The notes under the pieces are model-generated. The model did not search any database. It worked only from the letters and a program-made list of their open reading frames with translations, and had not been told where the DNA came from. This document shows, in pieces, positions 23,024-32,391 of a stretch of DNA of 64,000 nt. The translations under genes were made by a program, and so were the position numbers. The first letter of the stretch is position 1. Each line of letters starts with the position of its first letter. The stretch comes from a virus (lineage: Duplodnaviria > Caudoviricetes): positions 1 to 64,000 of IMG/VR virus record IMGVR_UViG_3300050821_001527; one strand, 5' to 3'.

Positions 23024-23743
23024 ATGAAACAAAAACGCCGCGACGACTCACCATACGTTTATCAGGGCAAAAAATTCGGGGGTTCCCTTCAATTCAGGGA
23101 TAAAATAAAGTGGACTGACAAACAAAAAAAATTCATAGACCTAGCCACAGACAAGAACACCAAGATTCTTTTTGTCAAAGGGCCAGCAGGTTCCAGCAAG
23201 TCCATTCTCTCCGTTTATACCGCACTCAAGCTATTGGACGAGAAACGTATCTCTGAAATCATGTATGTTCGTTCCGCCGTCGAAAGTTCTGAGTCGAGCA
23301 TGGGATTCTTACCCGGTTCGGCAGACATGAAAATGGCGTTTTACAACATGCCGTTCTTGGACAAACTTAACGAGCTTCTGATTTCTTCTGACGTATCCGC
23401 ATTACAAAAACAGGGCAGCATATCCTGCTTCTCCCCAAATTTTGCAAGGGGGGTGAGTTGGAACGCCAAGGCTATCATCATGGACGAAGCTCAAAATTCC
23501 ACGCGTAAGGAAATCGTCACAATTTTGACCCGTTTGGGACAATTTTCCCGTGGATTCATATTAGCCGACCCGTTACAAACAGACTTAAACGGTAGGGCGG
23601 GTGGATTTGAAGACCTATATTCAATTTTTGATAACGAGGAAAGTCGTATGCAGGGTATCCATGTATTCGAGTTCGATGAAAACGATATTATGCGTTCAGA
23701 ATTAGTCAAGTTTATCGTGCGTAAATTGACCCACCACACTTAA
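23024..23743 (+). CDS. phoH: PhoH-family ATPase
   Basis: KGPAGSSKS, VRSAVES..MGFLPG, ARG..IIMDEAQN..ILTRLG..LADPLQTDL; GTGTATT motif at 22996. Confidence 0.9.
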   Translation: MKQKRRDDSPYVYQGKKFGGSLQFRDKIKWTDKQKKFIDLATDKNTKILFVKGPAGSSKSILSVYTALKLLDEKRISEIMYVRSAVESSESSMGFLPGSADMKMAFYNMPFLDKLNELLISSDVSALQKQGSISCFSPNFARGVSWNAKAIIMDEAQNSTRKEIVTILTRLGQFSRGFILADPLQTDLNGRAGGFEDLYSIFDNEESRMQGIHVFEFDENDIMRSELVKFIVRKLTHHT

Positions 23744-23747
23744 TCGT

Positions 23748-24344
23748 ATGGAGCTTCGACATATTTTAATAGCTATTCTAAGCAAGAAATATCGAGACAG
23801 GCTCGCTTCCGATAAACAAAGGCTTGCTGATTGGAGACTCAAAAATCCACAACGCTTAAAGCAAGTCAGCAAAGTCAATGCGGCGAAATGGAGAAAATCC
23901 AATCCCGGCGATTATCTTGAGCAAACCGGCCAATGGAGAAAAGAGAATCGAGAAAAATGTATCCAATCTACGAAGACGTGGCAGGAGAATCATCCTGATT
24001 ACATCCAAAGTAAAAGGTCTTCAAATCCAAATTTTAAAATGGCGGGGAACCTGAGAAATAGAATCCGTAGGGCTTTGGAAGGCGGCTATAAATCAGGAAG
24101 CGCGGTTACGGACTTGGGATGCTCTATCGTAGAGTTCAGAGAATACATTACCGCCCAGTTCGCCGAAGGAATGACGTGGGAAAATTACGGACAATGGCAC
24201 TTAGACCATAGAAAACCCTTGGCTGCATTTGATTTAACTAATAGAGGGCAATTTCTACAGGCCGCTCATTATACCAATTATCAACCATTATGGGCCGTGG
24301 ATAATATCAGAAAAGGGGCTAAAATTTCTCCGCAAGCCTATTAA
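23748..24344 (+). CDS. HNH homing endonuclease
   Basis: GMTWENYGQWHLDHRKPLAAFDL..HYTNYQPLWAVDNIRK. Confidence 0.85.
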   Translation: MELRHILIAILSKKYRDRLASDKQRLADWRLKNPQRLKQVSKVNAAKWRKSNPGDYLEQTGQWRKENREKCIQSTKTWQENHPDYIQSKRSSNPNFKMAGNLRNRIRRALEGGYKSGSAVTDLGCSIVEFREYITAQFAEGMTWENYGQWHLDHRKPLAAFDLTNRGQFLQAAHYTNYQPLWAVDNIRKGAKISPQAY

Positions 24345-24765
24345 GGTCGTAAATTTTGAATTTCCCACGTCGGGAGAAGGATATTTTTTGGATTTCTCCT
24401 TGAAGCTCCTGTTGAATGAGGCTTTTTATGTCTGTCTTTTGGCTATCGAAGGTAGCAAAAACAATGAGAATTGTATTGCCAACACCGTCCGATGGTTTAT
24501 CATATTTCGCGTAGATTTCTTCTATTCCCTTCTGAATATCAAGAATTTTAAAGAAAATCAGTGTATCTTCCTTTAGAAGAACGCTACCATTAAAATTACG
24601 GTAGAGTTTTACCAATGTTTCCAAGGTCTTGGGAGGTGTTTTAGAAAGGAAGCTACGACGGACGACGAACTCGCTTTCCGGGTTATATCTCAGGAGAAGC
24701 TCTTGGCACCTCTGGAAAATCCTGATTTTCTCGGCTTGGGAGAGCGATTGGTAAATGTAGGTCAT
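24319..24765 (-). CDS. hypothetical protein (AT-rich, opposite strand)
   Basis: 148-aa ORF diverging from 24808. Confidence 0.65.
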   Translation of the reverse strand: MTYIYQSLSQAEKIRIFQRCQELLLRYNPESEFVVRRSFLSKTPPKTLETLVKLYRNFNGSVLLKEDTLIFFKILDIQKGIEEIYAKYDKPSDGVGNTILIVFATFDSQKTDIKSLIQQELQGEIQKISFSRRGKFKIYDLNRLAEKF

Positions 24766-24807
24766 TCTGAATTATTTTAGTTAGAACATGAGGGTTCTAT
24801 AATAATT

Positions 24808-25284
24808 ATGCAAATGCAATTCTGTCATCAGTGTGGTAAACAAACGCCACAAGTTTCCGTCAAGTTCTGTCCGCATTGCGGAACGAACCTAACTTCGTTG
24901 GCTTCGGTTGCCCCCGTGGAGGAAACGCCGCAGCAGCAATTCCATCAGGAACGACCACAAAGATTTACGGTCAGACCTCCTACCCGAAGGCCGGTGGGAC
25001 AAACCCCCATCGCTGATGACGAGGAAAACGACGACGACCCATATTTACACGCACAGTCCCTTGACGTTACCATTGACGGACTGGACATTGAAATCGCCAA
25101 GCCAAGAGCCTTTAGGGAAACCATCGGCGGGCTGGTCGCCAGTGGCCCGAACGACAGCCCGGATATTAGAACTCCGACAAAGCTTACCAAAAAGGCGCAA
25201 AAAGAGCAAGTCAAGGCTCTGTTAAGTGAAGGCTCCGCGCTAAGGCCCGAAACGAAACAGAGAAAGACCGTCAAGAATGGTTAA
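24808..25284 (+). CDS. zinc-ribbon protein
   Basis: FCHQCG..FCPHCG, then low-complexity and acidic tail. Confidence 0.75.
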   Translation: MQMQFCHQCGKQTPQVSVKFCPHCGTNLTSLASVAPVEETPQQQFHQERPQRFTVRPPTRRPVGQTPIADDEENDDDPYLHAQSLDVTIDGLDIEIAKPRAFRETIGGLVASGPNDSPDIRTPTKLTKKAQKEQVKALLSEGSALRPETKQRKTVKNG

Positions 25285-25960
25285 GCCAAAACTGACCTTT
25301 GAGGACTGCTACGAAACGATTAGCAGGGAGATTAACAAGAAGAAGTATAAGTGGACTCTGAGTTCACTTAGCTGGCTTGGCTGGGAAGATATTTCCCAGA
25401 TACTTCTTATTCATATCAACGAGAAATGGGCGCTCTATGACCAAAGCAGGCCGTTGCAGCCTTGGTTGGCGACTGTAATTTCTAGTCAGATAAAGAACAT
25501 CATTCGCAATAACTACTCCAATTTCACGCGCCCCTGCTTGAAGTGCAAGGCGGCTGAACCGGGGGATGGGTGTTCTATTTACAAGACCCAATGCGCGGAT
25601 TGCCCCGCTTTCGCGGTGTGGGAGAAGCGTAGGAAGCCAGCGTATAACGTCAAGGTGCCGGTATCCATCGAAAGCCACACCAACGAAGTCCATAATATGT
25701 CCGAATCAGATTTTACGTTGGAACGAAACGTGGAATCGGTTCACAGGAAGATGAAGGAAGTTTTGAAGCCCCTCGAATACAAGGTTTACGAGGGGTTGTT
25801 CATTAGAAACGAATCCGAGGAAGCTTTAGCCAAACGTCTGGGCTATATATCCAACGAGCGTAATCGAACACCCGGATACAAGCAGTTAAAAAACATCCGA
25901 AAGATAATCATTACCAAGGTCAAGAAATGCTTGGCCAACGAAGAACTGGACATCTACTAA
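25277..25960 (+). CDS. ECF-like RNA polymerase sigma factor with Cys-rich insert
   Basis: region 2 EDISQ..KWALYDQSRPLQPWLATVISSQIKNIIR; CLKC..C..CADC insert; region 4 LKPLEYKVY..EEALAKRLGY. Confidence 0.75.
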   Translation: MVKPKLTFEDCYETISREINKKKYKWTLSSLSWLGWEDISQILLIHINEKWALYDQSRPLQPWLATVISSQIKNIIRNNYSNFTRPCLKCKAAEPGDGCSIYKTQCADCPAFAVWEKRRKPAYNVKVPVSIESHTNEVHNMSESDFTLERNVESVHRKMKEVLKPLEYKVYEGLFIRNESEEALAKRLGYISNERNRTPGYKQLKNIRKIIITKVKKCLANEELDIY

Positions 25961-27049
25961 ATGGAAGAAGTTACTCAACTTACCGACGCTCAGAAAGCCC
26001 AAATACTTGAACTTTGGAGGGCCAACCCGCAAGCCCCGCCATTTCTCAAGGATTTGTCCAAGGCTGTTTTCAACAAGGAGGTTGACGGGCGCAGTAACGA
26101 GGGAAAGGCCATCAAGAAGTTCCTCGCCGAACAAAATTTGGTCGCAAAACCAGCCAAGGCCGAACCGCTTGAGGAATTAGTTCTCACTGACCCACAAAAG
26201 GAGTTCATTACCAATAATGCGGCCATGATGAATGCCCTTGACATGGCCAAGGAACTGTTTCATAACCCGATGCTGTCCAACCTGCACAGGGAAACCCGTG
26301 CAGTCAATGATTTTATCAAGACCTTGGACAAGAAGGTCATTTACGGGGATACCGCCGACGTTCCAGACGAGGAATCTTACAAACCGCCGCGCACGTTCGA
26401 CAGAATGCTGTTGAAAGTCAACAAGTTCATCCATGAGGGTATTGATAAGGACAGGATGACGGGTCGCCAGAGGAAGGAAATCAACGCCCTAATCGGATAC
26501 GTCAATACTTACCGCTTCATCCACCAAATCAATACTTACACGACGAAGACCAATAGGGATTTGTTCGAGAGTAGCTTCATCCGTTACACCTATGACAAGT
26601 CCGACCTTTCTCAAGAGGAAGTTGACCAGTTCCTTACCCTGAGCGTCGAAGTTGTTATCTCGTCCGATATTCAGGCGGTCATCGTGCGCCTGCAAGACCT
26701 GTTGAATAGTGCCACGGACAACCCCGAGAGCGTCAAGATTTCCATGAGCTTGGTGGAGGCCATCAACACGGCTCGAACGGAATACAACCAGTCCGTCACC
26801 CGTCAACAGAAACTCTTGAACGACTTGAAAGAAAAGCGTTCTGACCGTCTCAAGAATCAAATCAGGGAAAACGCCAGTATCCTCAACCTTGTCCAGTTAT
26901 TCAAGGAGGAGGAGAGTCGTAAGAAGCTTATTAAGCTGGCCAACCTACGCAGGGAGGTCGTCAAGGGCGAGGTCGAGAGACTTTCATCTATGGATGAAGT
27001 CAAGTGCCGCATCATGGGTATCAGCCCGGAGGAGGTTCTCAATGGTTAA
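25961..27049 (+). CDS. helical/coiled-coil protein in packaging operon (possible terminase small-subunit role)
   Basis: 362 aa; position between sigma and terminase; function by context only. Confidence 0.5.
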   Translation: MEEVTQLTDAQKAQILELWRANPQAPPFLKDLSKAVFNKEVDGRSNEGKAIKKFLAEQNLVAKPAKAEPLEELVLTDPQKEFITNNAAMMNALDMAKELFHNPMLSNLHRETRAVNDFIKTLDKKVIYGDTADVPDEESYKPPRTFDRMLLKVNKFIHEGIDKDRMTGRQRKEINALIGYVNTYRFIHQINTYTTKTNRDLFESSFIRYTYDKSDLSQEEVDQFLTLSVEVVISSDIQAVIVRLQDLLNSATDNPESVKISMSLVEAINTARTEYNQSVTRQQKLLNDLKEKRSDRLKNQIRENASILNLVQLFKEEESRKKLIKLANLRREVVKGEVERLSSMDEVKCRIMGISPEEVLNG

Positions 27050-27977
27050 GTGTTTGGTATGCAATGCTGAATTCGCGGACGACAAATCCTTGCATCGTCA
27101 TGTCAAGGCTCATGGCTTTCACGTCTTTGAATACTACCAGCACGTAACTCCGCGAAGGGATTTGCACGATGGGAGTTTAATACTGTTCAAAAACAAAGAG
27201 CAGTATTTCAAAACCGACTTCAATTCGATAACGAACATGCGCTTGTGGCTCGACGCGCAGACGCCCGAGAAAAGGGCGGAATACATGAAGGCTCTCCTTT
27301 CCAAAAGGCAGACGGAAAAGCATCTGGAATTCGCTCCGACGCAGGTTGAACTTCGTTCCTTGAAAATGCCGGGGATGTTCTACTACAATCAGGTGTTTGT
27401 GGACTATTACGCCCTGACGGACTCAATGGGGTTTCGTAGCCGATATGAATTCGTGGAAAAGTTGGACTGCCATGACTTGTTCAGGGATGCCGGTGCCAAA
27501 ATCTTTATTGACACGCGAGAGCAGTTGCCTTTGGAGTTCGATTGTCCGACGGAAACAGTAACGTTGAAGTTCGGAGACTACTCTTTTAGCAAGCCCGACC
27601 CGAGCGGGGCTGTCCACGTTGAACGAAAGTCCATAGGAGATTTTATTGGAACTTTGTCGGGTGGCAGGGAAAGATTTGAACGAGAAATCGTTCGCGCCAA
27701 GGAAGCCGGGGCATACTTGGTGGTGTTGGTTGAGGAAAACTTGGCCAACGCCATCAAGTTCAATACCTTGGAGTCGGTGTATCATAAGAATACCAAGGCA
27801 ACGCCGGAATTTGTGTTCCATAACGTTCGTGAACTGATTCAGCGATACGAACATATCCAGTTCTTGTTCGTAAAAGACAGGAAGCAGGCATCCAGCATGG
27901 TTAAGAGGCTTTTTTGCTGTGGCAACCAGATACGCAAGATTGATTTGCAGTATCATTATGATATAGGGCTACTCTAA
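27042..27977 (+). CDS. C2H2 Zn finger plus ERCC4/XPF-type nuclease
   Basis: CLVC..HRHVKAH; IFIDTREQ..GDYSF..VERKSIGDF..RERFERE; true start MVKCLV at 27042. Confidence 0.82.
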   Translation: MVKCLVCNAEFADDKSLHRHVKAHGFHVFEYYQHVTPRRDLHDGSLILFKNKEQYFKTDFNSITNMRLWLDAQTPEKRAEYMKALLSKRQTEKHLEFAPTQVELRSLKMPGMFYYNQVFVDYYALTDSMGFRSRYEFVEKLDCHDLFRDAGAKIFIDTREQLPLEFDCPTETVTLKFGDYSFSKPDPSGAVHVERKSIGDFIGTLSGGRERFEREIVRAKEAGAYLVVLVEENLANAIKFNTLESVYHKNTKATPEFVFHNVRELIQRYEHIQFLFVKDRKQASSMVKRLFCCGNQIRKIDLQYHYDIGLL

Positions 27978-29806
27978 TGTGGTATTCGGCTGAGAAGTAT
28001 ATAAAAGGCGATTTAGTTGACGTAAACGCCGAACTGGAACAGATAGCTGGCGAGATGGAGGACAAGGAAGCTAAAATCGCCCTAGCTAGGTTCCTTCGCG
28101 CCAACATCGGATTCACAGTTGAACTGATTTCCGGCATAAAACTGGCCCCTTATCAGGAAATCATCCTCAAGGCCATGTTGCAAAGAAATTTCAGCATGAA
28201 CGTCTGGGGCCGTGGTTGCGCCAAGACTTTCGTGGCGAGTGTATTTTGCTTTCTGCAATGTATCTTTGAACCTAATTCCAAAATCCTGATTGCTGGCCCT
28301 ACTTTCAGAACGGCCCGATTCATATTCAGTAACTTGGAGAAGATGGTGTCGTCTCCCGGCGCACAGCTTTTGCAACAGGCTTTTTCCACGAAGCCGTCCA
28401 AGCGTGGTGACCAGTTTGAATGGTTGGTGAATGGAGGTTCCATTACGGCCATTCCGTTGAACGGAGAAAAGATTCGTGGTTTCCGTGCAAACATCCTTGT
28501 CTTGGACGAATACCTTCTTCTGCCGGAAGAAATCATCAAGAACGTCCTGATGCCGTTCTTGGTGGCTCCACAGGACATGACCGAGCGTTTGAGGATTCGT
28601 GAAGCCGAAGACGCCGCGATTAAGGACGGGCTGATGGGAGAGGCTGATAGGCAAATTTTCGAGAACAACTCGAAGATGATAGCCCTGTCCTCTGCTTCGT
28701 TCACATTCGAGAACCTTTATAAGACTTATCTGGAATGGACGGAACAGATAATGAGAAAGGAAAATGGGGACGCCACCTATTTCATCAGCCAGTTTGGGTA
28801 TGAAGCCTTACCGCCCGACATGATTGATAAAACAATCATCGAAGAAGCCCAAGCCGGTGGACAGTCCAATTCCTCGTTCCAGCGAGAATACTGCGCTCAG
28901 TTTACGGACGGTTCCGACTCTTATTTCAGCGCGAAAAAGATGCACGAATGCACGGTTCCCGATGGGCAGGAACCCACCCTAAGACTTACGGGCATTCCCG
29001 ACGGAAAATACCTGATTTCCATTGACCCAAGTTTCAGCAACGCTCCAAACTCCGACGATTTCGCCATGTCGGTATTTGAAATGGGCGAGGAAGAAAAAGA
29101 TGCCGTGCTGGTTCATAATTATGCCGTGGCCGGGGCCGACTTGAAAGAACATATCCAGTATTTCAAGTATCTGATGGATTCGTTCAAGCCTGAAATGATT
29201 ATTATTGATAATGCCGGGTTCCAGTTTATTGATTCCTGTAATGAGTCTGATTATTTCAGGAGCCAGCAGTATCCCATGACCTTCTTCGATTTCGACAGCG
29301 ATTTGGAAGGCGTGGACTATGAGTTGATGGTCAAGCAGGCCAGAAACCAATACAATAAGGAGAAAAACTGCATTTGCTTCAAGCAGAATTTCAGCAGTGA
29401 TTTCATCCGAAAGGGGAATGAGCATCTACAGGCTTGTATTGACTATAAGAAGATTTGGTTTGGCTCCCGCATCTCTCCCAACGGAGCGGCTTTCGACAGG
29501 GCCACCAACTCTACCCTTCGCATCCCGTTAAAGCCGGAAGAAACCATCATTGATGCCATTGACACGCAGGACGACCGAATTTATCAGGTTAAAAAGCAAT
29601 GCGCCCTTATCGAAGTCAAGTCAACGGTCAAGGGCACCCAGTCTTTCGACCTACCTCAACATCTAAAAAGAAACACGTCTGCCAACCGAGCGCGTAAAGA
29701 CAGTTACACGGCCCTGATGCTTGGAAACTGGCTGTTCCGTTGCTACAAAGACATCAAAACCGCCCCAATCGAACAGGTTGGGACTTTCACCCCGTTCTTT
29801 GTATAA
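27977..29806 (+). CDS. terminase large subunit: terminase large subunit
   Basis: WGRGCAKT Walker A, RGFRANILVLDE Walker B, FQREYCAQF, ISIDPS nuclease Asp, KDSYTA. Confidence 0.9.
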   Translation: MWYSAEKYIKGDLVDVNAELEQIAGEMEDKEAKIALARFLRANIGFTVELISGIKLAPYQEIILKAMLQRNFSMNVWGRGCAKTFVASVFCFLQCIFEPNSKILIAGPTFRTARFIFSNLEKMVSSPGAQLLQQAFSTKPSKRGDQFEWLVNGGSITAIPLNGEKIRGFRANILVLDEYLLLPEEIIKNVLMPFLVAPQDMTERLRIREAEDAAIKDGLMGEADRQIFENNSKMIALSSASFTFENLYKTYLEWTEQIMRKENGDATYFISQFGYEALPPDMIDKTIIEEAQAGGQSNSSFQREYCAQFTDGSDSYFSAKKMHECTVPDGQEPTLRLTGIPDGKYLISIDPSFSNAPNSDDFAMSVFEMGEEEKDAVLVHNYAVAGADLKEHIQYFKYLMDSFKPEMIIIDNAGFQFIDSCNESDYFRSQQYPMTFFDFDSDLEGVDYELMVKQARNQYNKEKNCICFKQNFSSDFIRKGNEHLQACIDYKKIWFGSRISPNGAAFDRATNSTLRIPLKPEETIIDAIDTQDDRIYQVKKQCALIEVKSTVKGTQSFDLPQHLKRNTSANRARKDSYTALMLGNWLFRCYKDIKTAPIEQVGTFTPFFV

Positions 29807-29809
29807 AAA

Positions 29810-29816
29810 GTGTAAT
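29810..29816 (+). promoter_or_regulatory. putative late promoter motif GTGTAAT
   Basis: upstream of 29841. Confidence 0.6.
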
Positions 29817-29840
29817 ATATGGAGAATAGCGGGCTAAGGT

Positions 29841-32390
29841 ATGGCATCAAGTCTCATAAAATTAAGGCAGATTGACACTACGGAACTGGCAGCGTGGTTG
29901 CAGCAGTATTTGGCTGGAACTCCCACGCCTTCCGGCTATACCTTTGACGAAGACATCATCCCGTTGCAGTCGGGACTACAAAGTCTCGGCGACACCTCTG
30001 GATACTGGGCGAATCTCTACGCCAATAGCATTACCCTTCCTTCCGGCTCTGGAATCAATTTCGGAAATCAGTTTTTCACCACTAGCGGCAATTCTTTGAT
30101 TATTAGGGATGGCCTTGGCGGGACTACCATCATTTCTTCAACCACCCAGTATGTCACCTACATCGGGCCGTCGGGTGCCCCCGGCCCTACAGGGGCTACC
30201 GGCGCGGTTATCACGGGCGCGGTTCCGAGCGGAGACAATTCCGTAGTTTTCTATCTAAGTGATGGCTCAAATACAAACCCAGTTGCCCTTCCTTCCGGTT
30301 CCATTGGCCCATCTGGTAACATGGGGCCGTCGGGAGCCTCTGTAACAGGAGCGGTCACTGGAAGCGACATAACCGGGGAATATTTTCAATTCCTATTCTC
30401 CAATGGCAACACGGGTAAGGTCATTTATATTCCAAGCGGTCTTCCGGGCAGGGACGGTGAAATCGGAGGAGTGACAATTAGCTTCTATGGGATGACTGGT
30501 TTGTTCACGGGAGAACAAATGCCGTATGTCCACGTTAATGGAATAGCTGATGCTGCTTTGGGTGGGCCTACCATCAACCTTCTGAAAGGTTTCAGTTACA
30601 GGTTCGGTTTTAGTGGCATCAATTCCCTTTACTACAACGCCGACTCCGTTACCCAGCAAACCAACTTCATTGCGTATGGCTCGAACGACACTATTCGTTC
30701 CATGTTTGTCGGTTCGGAATTCCAAAACGGAAACGGGAACCCTCTCACTGACGTTTCCAATTCCGGGGTATTGCTGTTCACTTTATTTACGGCGGATACT
30801 CAGACCGGAAGATATTTGTGGAATGATGGTAACGCTCCCGCCTTATCAACCGTCCAAGGCAACGTAGTTGACATCAATACGGTATTCGAGGACTATGCCT
30901 ACATCCCCGAAACGCTCCAAATCGCGGGCAGCGGGTATGACTTCTACTGGAAGACGAACGGAGCGGTCAGGTTCTCCGACTCCATAGCAACGGGATACAA
31001 ATACGGATTTGCCCTCTATAACCCCGACCCATCCAACCCGCCCGTATTGGCTGATTCTCCTGCTTTCTACGTTCTTGGGGACATTGCCCTTTCTTACGCG
31101 CCCTTGGCTGGCCCACAGGGTTTGCAGGGCATCCAAGGTATTCCGGGGCCGGGAGGGGGTCTAGGGCCGTCAGGAGGGCAAGGGCCGACGGGAATCGGTG
31201 TTTCCGGGCTGGATACCATCGTTACAGATGGAATCCTCAATGGTTTTCGATTTGTATTGACCGATGGCAGCATTGTGGGGCCATATTTCATCCCTACTGG
31301 TGGAGCTATGGGGCCGTCGGGTGGAATTGGGCCTTCTGGAAACACCGGGGCTACGGGAGTCAGTGTAACCGGGGTTATCCAAGACAACCCTTCTGGAATT
31401 CGATTCTCTTTGTCGAACGGCAATACTACCTCCGAAGTATCCCTACCAGTTGGGCCAATGGGCCTAGCGGATAGGTATTCAACCTCGTTCTACAATTCAA
31501 TTTCAAAGGTTTCTGGACAGATAAGCTACCCAACTGGGTTCTATACGGGAAGCGATGGTGTTAATTGGACAGTGGCTTCGGGTGCGGGCAGGGTTCTCAA
31601 GACCGGCATCTACATGAAAATCTATGACCAGCCGACTGACTTCTTCGCTGGCATGTCTTATACCCCGGCTCAGAAATTGGTTTTCGCCAAGGTCGGTGCA
31701 TACGATTCTTACTTTCAAGGGGATGTGGTTTCCTTTGATGGACATGCCTTGACGGTTTATATTGACACGCAACTTGGGGCTTATACAACTCCGGGGCTTT
31801 CCATACTGAACGATGATACTGTTGCTGGGCTGATTTCGGTCAACCTCTCTAGTGCTGCGGCTGTTGGGCCTACCGGAATATCTGTGACCGGCATCGAAAG
31901 TTATACCAGCGGTGGTGCCGCTACTGGGATTCAATTTCAGTTCAGTAACTCTACCACTTCCCCGGTTTTCGCCCTTCCAGTTGGCCCGCGTGGGCCTGCG
32001 GGAACGAATCAGGTCTTCAACACCGTCCAGTCGGGGGTTGATACTTCGATGGTTCCGAACCAACTGCTCCGTTTCGACACCTATGACATGTATGACCTCA
32101 ATGTCACGGGGGATGGAACAGCTTTACAGGTTTCCTTCCATTCGGGAACGGTTTCCGTGGGACAGGTATTCTCTGTCCTGCTTAGAAACAGCGGAATTGG
32201 GACAACGAACGTCTCTTTTTACCCAAACAACCAGATTTACTACGTCAACGGGGTGCCTCCTGCATTCCCGGCCACCCCTATGATGTTCAACATTTATACA
32301 TTTCAGAGGGGAAATGACTATAATAATGGTGTGGAAACACATCCGGTGTATTATTGCACATACGCGGCGAATTACCCCGCGCTAAACTAA
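29841..32390 (+). CDS. collagen-repeat virion fibre protein
   Basis: several G-X-Y runs (GPSGAPGPTGATG, GPQGLQGIQGIPGP) alternating with a repeated VTG..F.LSxG..T..LP.G module. Confidence 0.75.
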   Translation: MASSLIKLRQIDTTELAAWLQQYLAGTPTPSGYTFDEDIIPLQSGLQSLGDTSGYWANLYANSITLPSGSGINFGNQFFTTSGNSLIIRDGLGGTTIISSTTQYVTYIGPSGAPGPTGATGAVITGAVPSGDNSVVFYLSDGSNTNPVALPSGSIGPSGNMGPSGASVTGAVTGSDITGEYFQFLFSNGNTGKVIYIPSGLPGRDGEIGGVTISFYGMTGLFTGEQMPYVHVNGIADAALGGPTINLLKGFSYRFGFSGINSLYYNADSVTQQTNFIAYGSNDTIRSMFVGSEFQNGNGNPLTDVSNSGVLLFTLFTADTQTGRYLWNDGNAPALSTVQGNVVDINTVFEDYAYIPETLQIAGSGYDFYWKTNGAVRFSDSIATGYKYGFALYNPDPSNPPVLADSPAFYVLGDIALSYAPLAGPQGLQGIQGIPGPGGGLGPSGGQGPTGIGVSGLDTIVTDGILNGFRFVLTDGSIVGPYFIPTGGAMGPSGGIGPSGNTGATGVSVTGVIQDNPSGIRFSLSNGNTTSEVSLPVGPMGLADRYSTSFYNSISKVSGQISYPTGFYTGSDGVNWTVASGAGRVLKTGIYMKIYDQPTDFFAGMSYTPAQKLVFAKVGAYDSYFQGDVVSFDGHALTVYIDTQLGAYTTPGLSILNDDTVAGLISVNLSSAAAVGPTGISVTGIESYTSGGAATGIQFQFSNSTTSPVFALPVGPRGPAGTNQVFNTVQSGVDTSMVPNQLLRFDTYDMYDLNVTGDGTALQVSFHSGTVSVGQVFSVLLRNSGIGTTNVSFYPNNQIYYVNGVPPAFPATPMMFNIYTFQRGNDYNNGVETHPVYYCTYAANYPALN

Positions 32391-32391
32391 C

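Noticed and set aside
23170-23210. PhoH inactivated by Walker A change (GPAGSSKS)
   Set aside because: All other PhoH motifs are intact and the ORF is full length; treated as a variant.
24782-24799. LexA/SOS box
   Set aside because: GAAC-N6-GTTC spacing and orientation do not match the N4 boxes known for Gram-positive or Verrucomicrobia LexA.
26889-27041. N-terminal extension of the ERCC4 ORF given in the track
   Set aside because: Overlaps the upstream gene; the real start is MVKCLVC at 27042.
27977-29806. Intein or intron in the terminase
   Set aside because: Normal length, continuous motifs, no splice-junction signatures.
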